64,000 bases of DNA, from positions 1 through 64,000 of the IMG/VR virus record IMGVR_UViG_3300010371_000028; one strand, 5' to 3'. The stretch comes from a virus. Position 1 is the first letter of the stretch, and each line of letters opens with the position of its first letter. Positions 47,368 to 54,614 of this stretch are shown one piece after another. The notes under the pieces were generated by a model that had not been told where the DNA came from, did no database searches, and saw nothing but the letters and a program-made list of their open reading frames with translations. The position numbers were made by a program, and so were the translations under genes.

Positions 47368-47848
47368 AGTCGGCGTCCTCGGCCGGCGTGCGCTTCTTCG
47401 GCCGCCCCGCCTCGATCCGCTCGAACAGCCGCTCGCGCACCTCACCCGGCAGCACCCGAATCGAAGCGGCGCGCCCCTCGGGATCCTTCAGCGGCAGCGG
47501 CCGACCGTGCTGGTCCGTGAGGTTCCACGTGACAATCGCGGCTTCGAGCACGGCGCGCTTGTACGCGACGGTGTCGAACGACAGCAGCGTCGTCAGGTCC
47601 TCGCCGTCATCCTCGACGGGCTGCCCGTTCGCGAGGGCGGCACGGCGCTTGGCAGCCGCCTCGCGCGCCGTCTTCGCGGCGGAGACCTTCAGGTTCGCGG
47701 ACGCCTTCACGTGCAGCGCGTCCGCACGGTCCCACACATCGCCCGAGAGCGCCGAGCGGATCTCGACCCAGTACTCGGTGCCGTCGTCGGGCCCGAGATC
47801 GGTCACATCGACCTTCTCGGTTCCGGCATAGCGGCTCATGAATCCCAT
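47237..47848 (-). CDS. Tail assembly chaperone (G-like)
   Basis: Between tail tube and tape measure; IVTWNLTDQHGRPLPL motif. Confidence 0.8.
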   Translation of the reverse strand: MGFMSRYAGTEKVDVTDLGPDDGTEYWVEIRSALSGDVWDRADALHVKASANLKVSAAKTAREAAAKRRAALANGQPVEDDGEDLTTLLSFDTVAYKRAVLEAAIVTWNLTDQHGRPLPLKDPEGRAASIRVLPGEVRERLFERIEAGRPKKRTPAEDADFRDEVPFGGEAREVGASADPGDLDAGDLVVATWADAGGGARPV

Positions 47849-47911
47849 GGAAACGTCCTTACCGATAGTGGAGCGCCGGGCGCGAGATGCGCAGACGCCG
47901 GTGGTGGATGG

Positions 47912-49141
47912 TCACAACGCCAGGTAGGAGGAGTCGACGATCGTCGCGGAGACCGTGTTGTTCGTGGACTGGTTCAAGAACGCCAGGTAGTTCAGCGACT
48001 CCATGACGATGTCCTCGGGCTTCGGGTCCTCCGAGTCCGTCTTGATGTAGACGTTCGGGCAGGAGAAGGAGGCCGAGCCGCCGTTCGTCGGGTGCGCGAG
48101 CGTGAAGCTCAGGACGCCGTGCCCGCCGTTCAGGGCCTGAGTCCAGTAGCCCCAGGTGGCGTCATCGAAACTCTGCCACACCAGGTCGATCTTCCCCGAC
48201 ACCTCGATCATGCCGGGGGTCAGGAACTGCAGGTTGTGCGACTGGTTGAACGTGTACGTGCTGATCAGGTGGTTGTCGATGTCCATCGTGAAGCCGTTGG
48301 CCTGCGCCACCGTCTGCCCGAACAGCGACAACGTGCCCTCCGCGAACACGTACGGCATCTCGTTGACCACCGCGACCGACGTCGGGGAGTCGAGCACCGC
48401 CGCGGACTGCGCGACCATGTCCGCCGACAGCGCCGCCTCGGCATCCGTCGCCGTCACGTTGATGCTGAGCTTGTTCACCCGCGAGCCCGCGAACAGGATC
48501 GACTGGCCGCCGAGAGTCGCCGGACCACCCAGGCACTTCTCCACCGTGTATGAGGAGAGCGCCACGGCCTGCTGAATCGAGTGCGTGAACGGCGCGGTGA
48601 CGACAGACACGGCGACGCCTGAAGCGTGCGCGTACGTCCACGGCGCATCCACCGTGCCGTTCGTGCCCGTCAACGTCGCGATCTTCCGGCACTCGGTCGT
48701 CGTCGGGGTCGTCGGAGAGTTCACATCCACCTGGACGATCGACCCGATCGCGTAGCCCGTCGCCGACGTCAGCGAGATCGCCGAGGAGTTCGCCGTGACC
48801 GGAGCGGCGAGAGTCGTCGCGGACGTCGGCGACGAGCCCGTCACCCCGTAGCCGGGCTGGGCATCCGGACCGATCGCGCCAGGGATCAGCGTCGCCGCGT
48901 TCGTCGGCCACACCGGGCCCGCCAACGTCCCCGCGTTCTTGAACTGCCCGTTGAGCGGATACGAGTTCTTGTCCCGGTGCCCGAACATCAGCGTCGGGGA
49001 GAACAGGCCCGGGTCGATGTTCATACCGTTGCCGGTCATCGGGAAGTACGTCGTCGCCGACAGCGGCGTCCCGAACACCGCCTCCTTGGCAAGGCCCGTG
49101 GCCGACATGGCCCCGAACTTGGCCGTCACCGCCGTGGTCAT
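47912..49141 (-). CDS. Major tail tube protein
   Basis: GLAKEAVFG...SYTVEK...GSRVNKLSI...IDNHL...VSGKID; position before the chaperone. Confidence 0.85.
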   Translation of the reverse strand: MTTAVTAKFGAMSATGLAKEAVFGTPLSATTYFPMTGNGMNIDPGLFSPTLMFGHRDKNSYPLNGQFKNAGTLAGPVWPTNAATLIPGAIGPDAQPGYGVTGSSPTSATTLAAPVTANSSAISLTSATGYAIGSIVQVDVNSPTTPTTTECRKIATLTGTNGTVDAPWTYAHASGVAVSVVTAPFTHSIQQAVALSSYTVEKCLGGPATLGGQSILFAGSRVNKLSINVTATDAEAALSADMVAQSAAVLDSPTSVAVVNEMPYVFAEGTLSLFGQTVAQANGFTMDIDNHLISTYTFNQSHNLQFLTPGMIEVSGKIDLVWQSFDDATWGYWTQALNGGHGVLSFTLAHPTNGGSASFSCPNVYIKTDSEDPKPEDIVMESLNYLAFLNQSTNNTVSATIVDSSYLAL

Positions 49142-49200
49142 GGCGTCGCCGCCTCTCTGCGCTTAGGCATCGGAAAGTGCTCGCCGCATCGCGCAGGCGA

Positions 49201-49231
49201 GAAAGACGAAAGCCCCGCACGCGGCGGGGCT
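49201..49231 (-). terminator. Intrinsic terminator-like hairpin plus U-tract upstream of tail tube
   Basis: Minus strand agccccgc-cgcgt-gcggggct followed by TTCGTCTTTC. Confidence 0.6.
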
Positions 49232-49254
49232 GGGGCGGCCGGAAGGCCGGAAGA

Positions 49255-49548
49255 TCAGGACAAGGTGGGGCGCGCGAACAGCGGACGCTCGCCGCGGCAC
49301 ACCTGATCCGCGACCGCCGCAGGCATCGGGTAGGACTCGCCCGGCGTACACAGGCCGACACCGGCGACGAACATCTCGGCCTGCCCGAGGAACACCAGCG
49401 TCTCCGCGGGCCTGCACTCCGAGCCGGCCTCCTCGGCCGGCGCGGGCGTCTCCTCGGCCACCGGCGCCTCCGGGACCGCGACCGCAGCCGCGGAATCGGT
49501 GCCATCGGCAGAGGGCGCGCCATCGCCGGTCTTACGGGAAACAGCCAT
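49255..49548 (-). CDS. Small acidic virion-region protein
   Basis: GAGGAG SD plus ATG. Confidence 0.65.
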   Translation of the reverse strand: MAVSRKTGDGAPSADGTDSAAAVAVPEAPVAEETPAPAEEAGSECRPAETLVFLGQAEMFVAGVGLCTPGESYPMPAAVADQVCRGERPLFARPTLS

Positions 49549-49549
49549 C

Positions 49550-49990
49550 TCAGATCTCCTCGAACAGGGCCGCGAGCGACGAGGTCATCTCGGGCAGCAG
49601 GTGGTCGATCGCACGCTGCGGGAACGGGTTCGCCGCCGTGCCCGGGTGGTTCACGTGCAGCGCGAACACGTCATCCCAATGCAGCGCCTTGACGTTCTTC
49701 GGGTAGATCGGGTGCGGCGACGTGCCCTCGATCACGAACCCGGCGTACGGCGCGTCCGACGTCCACGTCATCGACACCCGGCCAGGCGAGACCTCAATCT
49801 CGGGCGCGTGGATCGAATCGCGCAGCCGCCCGGCGTCATCGCCCTGCCCGACCGGCGCCTCACCCGCGAGTTCCGAGGTCACCAGGTGCGCCCACGTCCT
49901 CGCCCACTCGGCCATCGCCGCCATCGGATTGGCGCGCTCGAGCTTCGAGGAATCCCCCGCCATCCCGATCGCAAGGAACGGATCCGACAT
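49550..49990 (-). CDS. HK97 gp10-like tail completion protein
   Basis: AP....GRLRDSI...APYAGFVIEGT.PH.I...HPGT.ANPF. Confidence 0.8.
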   Translation of the reverse strand: MSDPFLAIGMAGDSSKLERANPMAAMAEWARTWAHLVTSELAGEAPVGQGDDAGRLRDSIHAPEIEVSPGRVSMTWTSDAPYAGFVIEGTSPHPIYPKNVKALHWDDVFALHVNHPGTAANPFPQRAIDHLLPEMTSSLAALFEEI

Positions 49991-50003
49991 CCAGCACCCC
50001 CGG

Positions 50004-50486
50004 TCAGGCCTGGAGGAGTTCCTTCACCTCGAACTGGATCCGCGCGACATACACGTACGTCTGCGACTTGTTCGCTGTGCGGATCGGCGGATAGTCCAAC
50101 GTGAACCGCTCCCCGATGGACATCACCGACGATTTCGCGCCCGTCGTCGGATCGACGATCGGCGTCGGCATCGTCGTCGTCCACATCCTCGTCATCACCG
50201 TGTCCACGATGACCGGGAAGATCTGGTCCAGGTTCGCCGCCGTCGGCGCGGACTGGTAGTGCAGGTACACCTCGACAGTCCAGACCAGGTTCTTGAAACC
50301 CATCCCCCGCGGCATCGACTCGCGCGACGCCTGCATCCGCGCACCCGCGATCACCGCGATCGGGCCGTTGAACGTACCCGGCGCAGGAGGCGTGACGTAT
50401 GCGGTGATCGCCGCGATGCCGTCCCACGGGATCTCGAGACCCTGCAGCAAGCCGTAGCAGTACTGCGTGACCGCGTTCATCGCCAT
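50004..50486 (-). CDS. Putative tail terminator / neck protein
   Basis: 160 aa; position in the head-tail joining block. Confidence 0.7.
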   Translation of the reverse strand: MAMNAVTQYCYGLLQGLEIPWDGIAAITAYVTPPAPGTFNGPIAVIAGARMQASRESMPRGMGFKNLVWTVEVYLHYQSAPTAANLDQIFPVIVDTVMTRMWTTTMPTPIVDPTTGAKSSVMSIGERFTLDYPPIRTANKSQTYVYVARIQFEVKELLQA

Positions 50487-51419
50487 CTAGATCACGCGCC
50501 GGTAGGGCGCGAGGAGATCCTTGATCTGCGCGGCGAGGTCAGCCACACCCTTGCCGCCGAGCGACGTCGACCCGGAGAGCGTCTGCGCCGTGATCGACTC
50601 CATGCCGGAGTCCAGAACCTGCGACGTCGCAATGAGGATCGTCGCCCACGCGATGTCCTGCGGAAGCGCCGAGAGTACGGTCTCCGCGGAATGGTTGTAC
50701 GCCAGCGGAGCCGACAGCGTCACGATTCCCGGCCCCGCCTGAACGGTGCCACCGGCGGGCAGCGTGACGGGAGCGGTTGCCGTCGCCGTCGCCACGGTCA
50801 CCGTCTCGGTGAACGCCCCGTCGTAGAAAAAGCACGTGGCGCCAGCCATGCCGGTGACGTCATCGACGGCGACCGCCTGGGTTCCGGCAGTCACGTCCGC
50901 GGTCACGCCGGCGTGCGGCCACCCGTTGAGATAGGTGGACTCGAACGTGTAGCCGTTCCGACCTGACGCCCACGAGACGTAGCCTGGCGCGATCAGGACG
51001 GCGCTGCCACCTGCCCCCGATGCGCCTTCGACGACGGGAGACAGTAGCGTGATCGGCGGGTCCTCGAGCGCCATCGCGGTCAACGGGATCGGCGACCACG
51101 ACCGCGGGATCGTCGCCCGGGGCGAGACGCGGCCGGCGAGCAGTTGGGTCACCGGCCACCGCGAGAGCATCGCCCGGCCGACTCCGGACTGATCGACCGT
51201 CATCCGGTAGTCGGGTCCCTGGACCTGTTCGACCGACACGGTGGAGCGCAGCGGCTGGTTGACCTTCGCGTCGGCGATGTTCGAGGCACGCCAGAGGATG
51301 TTGGTCATCTCGGCGGTCTGGGCGGGTGAGAACTGGCTGCCCGCCTGCGGAATGCTGTTCCACGGAACGCCTGTGGGGGCGTTGAGGAGCATCTGTACGG
51401 AGCAGTAGGGGGTGGCCAC
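50487..51419 (-). CDS. Head-tail adaptor protein
   Basis: MATPY...RASNIAD...LPQDIAWAT...IKDLLAPYRRV adaptor pattern with a large central insertion. Confidence 0.8.
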   Translation of the reverse strand: MATPYCSVQMLLNAPTGVPWNSIPQAGSQFSPAQTAEMTNILWRASNIADAKVNQPLRSTVSVEQVQGPDYRMTVDQSGVGRAMLSRWPVTQLLAGRVSPRATIPRSWSPIPLTAMALEDPPITLLSPVVEGASGAGGSAVLIAPGYVSWASGRNGYTFESTYLNGWPHAGVTADVTAGTQAVAVDDVTGMAGATCFFYDGAFTETVTVATATATAPVTLPAGGTVQAGPGIVTLSAPLAYNHSAETVLSALPQDIAWATILIATSQVLDSGMESITAQTLSGSTSLGGKGVADLAAQIKDLLAPYRRVI

Positions 51420-51471
51420 GTTCGCTCCCTCCGCGGTCTCGGATGGGAATCGCCAGGAGGGGGTGGCGGGG

Positions 51472-51648
51472 TTACCCGCTGCTGGTGCGGATCAGGTCAG
51501 CGCCTTGCGGAGCGCAGTGGTTGCACACCCACTGCTCGCCGTCCCACCCGCCGTGCCGTCCGCAGAACGCTCGCCGGCACTTGTTGCAGAACTCGCACGG
51601 TTTGCCGGATCGGCGCGGACACAGGGCGCATGTCTTGCGGCCCTTCAT
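51472..51648 (-). CDS. 58-aa Cys-rich zinc-finger protein (absent from ORF track)
   Basis: Hand translation: MKGRKTCALCPRRSGKPCEFCNKCRRAFCGRHGGWDGEQWVCNHCAPQGADLIRTSSG. Confidence 0.55.
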   Translation of the reverse strand: MKGRKTCALCPRRSGKPCEFCNKCRRAFCGRHGGWDGEQWVCNHCAPQGADLIRTSSG

Positions 51649-51659
51649 GGATGGGCGCC

Positions 51660-52076
51660 CTAAGCCGAGGGCTTCGTTGCGGCAGCCTTGCGGGCCCGGG
51701 TGGCCGACTTCTTAGCCGGCTCGGGGCTCGCCGCGGCAGGGGCGGGAAGCGGAGCCGCCGGCGCGACCGCCGAGGCGACCTGCGCCATGCTCAGTCCTCC
51801 GCCGGCCAGGGCTGCGGCGAGTGCCGCGACCGACTGTGCGGCAACGGCGTCGAAGGTGGACTTCGCCGCCTCGGCGGTCTTCTGCTCCTTGTCCGTAAGC
51901 GGCACCTCGGACGGGACGCCGGCCCACAGCGGGTCCTTCGCCAGGTGCGGCTCGCAGCGCGGGCAGTCGACGGACATGTGCACATCGCCCTGGTCGGGCC
52001 GCTCGTCGTAGTGGTGGCCCGCGCAGGCGCCGCCAGGCGGCACGTAGGTGCGGATTCCGGTCTGTGCGTAACGCAA
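51660..52076 (-). CDS. Hypothetical protein with CxxC motif
   Basis: AGGAG-N6-TTG start; VDCPRCE. Confidence 0.7.
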   Translation of the reverse strand: MRYAQTGIRTYVPPGGACAGHHYDERPDQGDVHMSVDCPRCEPHLAKDPLWAGVPSEVPLTDKEQKTAEAAKSTFDAVAAQSVAALAAALAGGGLSMAQVASAVAPAAPLPAPAAASPEPAKKSATRARKAAATKPSA

Positions 52077-52085
52077 AGCTGGCTC

Positions 52086-52388
52086 CTAGGTGGTGTATCC
52101 GGGGGGCGGCAGGATGACGATGGTGACGTCCGGCGGCGTCGCCCCGGCTACTACCGCGGTCAGGCCGGCGTGGAGACGGATGTCGTACGGGAGGGCCACC
52201 TGCGCTGTCGCCGCGATTGCCGCGATCTCGGGGTGCGCGGTGTCGGGCCCGTCGTAGAGGGTGACTGTCGCGCCGCTCTGGCCCGTGTTGATGGTGACGA
52301 GGTGCAGGATGGCGCCGGGGTTGACGTCGAGGTTCTGGGTGCCGGCTGCGTTCAGGTGGAACGCGGCGCCGCCTACGGCCGTGCTGAT
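52086..52388 (-). CDS. Small beta-rich virion-associated protein; inferred ATC start
   Basis: AGGT-N5-ATC AGC ACG; no in-frame ATG/GTG/TTG for about 60 further codons; ILHLVTINTG...VTLYDG. Confidence 0.65.
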   Translation of the reverse strand: MSTAVGGAAFHLNAAGTQNLDVNPGAILHLVTINTGQSGATVTLYDGPDTAHPEIAAIAATAQVALPYDIRLHAGLTAVVAGATPPDVTIVILPPPGYTT

Positions 52389-52696
52389 ACGCCACCTGCT
52401 TCCGGGGTCTTGCGGGGCCGGCGCCCGGGCGCGAGCGGTTCCTGGCACTTGGGGCAGTCGGTTTGCCAGGCGTAACCCACGAACGTGCATGCCGGACAGT
52501 GCGTCGAGGACGTCTTGAGGGGCGCGCTGTAGACGGCGCGCGCGATCATTCCGCCGGATTCGTCCGAAGCGCGCATGATCTCTCGGACGTGTTCGGGCCG
52601 GTCCACCGTGAGGCGTCCGGAGCGGGTCGCGTTGTAGCGGGAGCCGTCTTGCATCTGCAACCCGGTGCAGCCGGGGGGGACGCGGAGTTCGGGCAC
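52373..52696 (-). CDS. Hypothetical protein with C-terminal zinc ribbon
   Basis: AGGA-N6-GTG; CPACTF...CPKC. Confidence 0.7.
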   Translation of the reverse strand: MPELRVPPGCTGLQMQDGSRYNATRSGRLTVDRPEHVREIMRASDESGGMIARAVYSAPLKTSSTHCPACTFVGYAWQTDCPKCQEPLAPGRRPRKTPEAGGVSARP

Positions 52697-52728
52697 GAGG
52701 GTTCCTACCGTTCGGGTTCGTTCGCTAG

Positions 52729-52762
52729 CCGCGTCCGGCCGGGGCTCCCCGGCCGGACGCGG
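52729..52762. terminator. 16-bp perfect hairpin just after the capsid gene
   Basis: ccgcgtccggccgggg ct ccccggccggacgcgg. Confidence 0.7.
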
Positions 52763-52777
52763 GTGCCGCATGGGCGA

Positions 52778-54583
52778 TCAGCTGTAGGTGCCGCCGTTGC
52801 CGACGGTGGTCTTCTGGATGCCCTGCAGCAGGCCGTTGTACTGGACCGCCGGGGAGAACAGTGCCCCGTACATGAACAGGCTGTAGCGGAAGGTCACGTC
52901 CACGACGGGCCACGAGATGGACAGGTAGTCCTGGACCATCACGTTCTCCCACACGTTGCCGACGTTCGTCCACGGCTGCGGGAGCTTGTAGGACAGCGCC
53001 ATGGCGGTGCCCTGCGGGATGTACGGGTGAACCCGGAGGTTCATCACCTTGCGCGTCACCGGGTTGGTGTACTCGCTGACGGCGACGCCGCCGCGCACAC
53101 CCCCGACCTCGCTCTGGTTGATGAAGAACCGGTAGTTGTTCGGGTTGGCCTGGTTGTTCTGGTTCGCGAGCGAACCGGCCAGCCGGGTCAGGTCGCCGCC
53201 CTCGGCCCACAGGTCGTCCGGGTCGGCGAAGATGCCGTTCGGGCCGTCCCACATGCCGGTGAGCATGTTGTTGATGGCGTTCTCCGACAGGATGTCGCCG
53301 ACGGAGTCGTTGACGTACGAGCCCTGGTAGCCGGACGGGTAGACGGCGGAACCGCCGGACGCCGAGTGGCCGGAGATCGTCGGGATGAAACCCTCGTAGT
53401 CCGTGGTCGCCGAGGTGCCGGTGTCGGCGGTCGGCGGGGTCGCAGTCCCGGTCGGCAGCGCGCCCTGCAGGGTGAAGCGGGTCGCGCCGACGGCCGAGGC
53501 CATCAGGTGGAAGCCGCTGTTGGCCGGGGCGGCCGTGCCGGTGCCGACGTAGACGTTGTAGGCGAGCGCGCCGTTGGACGGGCTGATCAGCACGTCGACC
53601 ACGTTGCCAGCCGACCAGGCGACGGACGCGCTGGAGGAGCCCGCGGTCTCGCCGTAGTAGTTCAGCGCCGTGACGATCACGTACACGTTCGTGGTGACGC
53701 CGGACAGCGCCGTCTCGCCGCTGCCCGCGGCGCGAGCCGTGAGACCGGGCGTTCCCGGGGCCGACAAAGCGATCGAAGTCGCGCCGATCATGGCGCGCTC
53801 CTCGAGGACCATCATCTCCTGCAGCAGCACCAGCGACGCGAGCCCCGCGGCGTCGTCGAACCCCTGACCGGCGAACTGCGCCAGCCAGGAAACCGCCTCG
53901 GTCAGGCCGAAGAACTTGTACGGGACATTGACGTCCACGGCGGTCTGCGACCCGGAGGCGGGCAGCTGGTTGGGCCAGTTGTTGCCCGCGATACCGCCGC
54001 CGGCAGGCAGCTCCGGGATCGAGATGCGGTTGGAGGTCACGCCGAGCTGGCCCGGCAGCGCGCCGGAGATCGAGGTCATGACCTTCGCCCGGTGCACGGT
54101 GCCCTGGCCGGGCACACGCGGGATCAGGTTCCGCAGCGGCGAGTAGACCGGGTAGATCAGCTGCGTCGGCGCCGTCAGGTCGAACGGCACCAGGCCGGTC
54201 GCGTTCGGCGAAGTCAGCGTGATGGACTTGCCCAGTTGCGCGGACAGCTGGTCGTTCAGCTGCGACACGAACTGGTTCATCGCGTAGACCTGCGGGCTGT
54301 TCTGCATCGCCATCGACAGGGCGTTGCCGAACGCCGGCGACAGCGACTTCAGGACGGTCGCCGGGTCGGACAGGCCCTTGCGGATGGCCGACTTGAGCAG
54401 GTGCTCGGCGGCGTAGGCCTGGTCGTCCTCGCTGGCGCCGACACGGCGGCCCTTGACGAGGGCGGGGATGCGGCGGGAGATCGCGTCTCCGTAGCCGCCG
54501 TTGCGAACCTCGCCGAGAACCGACTTCGCAATGACGTCGGTGTTCGCCTCGCTCGAGATCTGCTCGATGGTTGCGCGCGTTAT
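52778..54583 (-). CDS. Major capsid protein, about 601 aa, inferred ATA start
   Basis: LVPFDL.AP...SPLRNLIPRV.GQG...YK.FGL...; the frame stays open and codon-adapted for 90 codons upstream of the ORF-track ATG (54313), up to AAGGAG-tggcat-ATA. Confidence 0.85.
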   Translation of the reverse strand: MTRATIEQISSEANTDVIAKSVLGEVRNGGYGDAISRRIPALVKGRRVGASEDDQAYAAEHLLKSAIRKGLSDPATVLKSLSPAFGNALSMAMQNSPQVYAMNQFVSQLNDQLSAQLGKSITLTSPNATGLVPFDLTAPTQLIYPVYSPLRNLIPRVPGQGTVHRAKVMTSISGALPGQLGVTSNRISIPELPAGGGIAGNNWPNQLPASGSQTAVDVNVPYKFFGLTEAVSWLAQFAGQGFDDAAGLASLVLLQEMMVLEERAMIGATSIALSAPGTPGLTARAAGSGETALSGVTTNVYVIVTALNYYGETAGSSSASVAWSAGNVVDVLISPSNGALAYNVYVGTGTAAPANSGFHLMASAVGATRFTLQGALPTGTATPPTADTGTSATTDYEGFIPTISGHSASGGSAVYPSGYQGSYVNDSVGDILSENAINNMLTGMWDGPNGIFADPDDLWAEGGDLTRLAGSLANQNNQANPNNYRFFINQSEVGGVRGGVAVSEYTNPVTRKVMNLRVHPYIPQGTAMALSYKLPQPWTNVGNVWENVMVQDYLSISWPVVDVTFRYSLFMYGALFSPAVQYNGLLQGIQKTTVGNGGTYS

Positions 54584-54614
54584 ATGCCACTCCTTTCCGG
54601 GGTGGTCAGGTGCT

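Noticed and set aside
52725-54590. 621-aa ORF starting at GTG next to the capsid SD
   Set aside because: Arg/Pro-rich shadow frame of the capsid gene; the GTG is part of the SD with no spacing. Kept only as the alternative frameshift hypothesis.
54314-54590. Capsid pseudogene or frameshift from the scaffold gene
   Set aside because: No in-frame stops or indels, normal GC3 bias, and no slippery site at the scaffold end. The same start-codon pattern recurs in neighbouring genes, so inactivation is less parsimonious, though not excluded.
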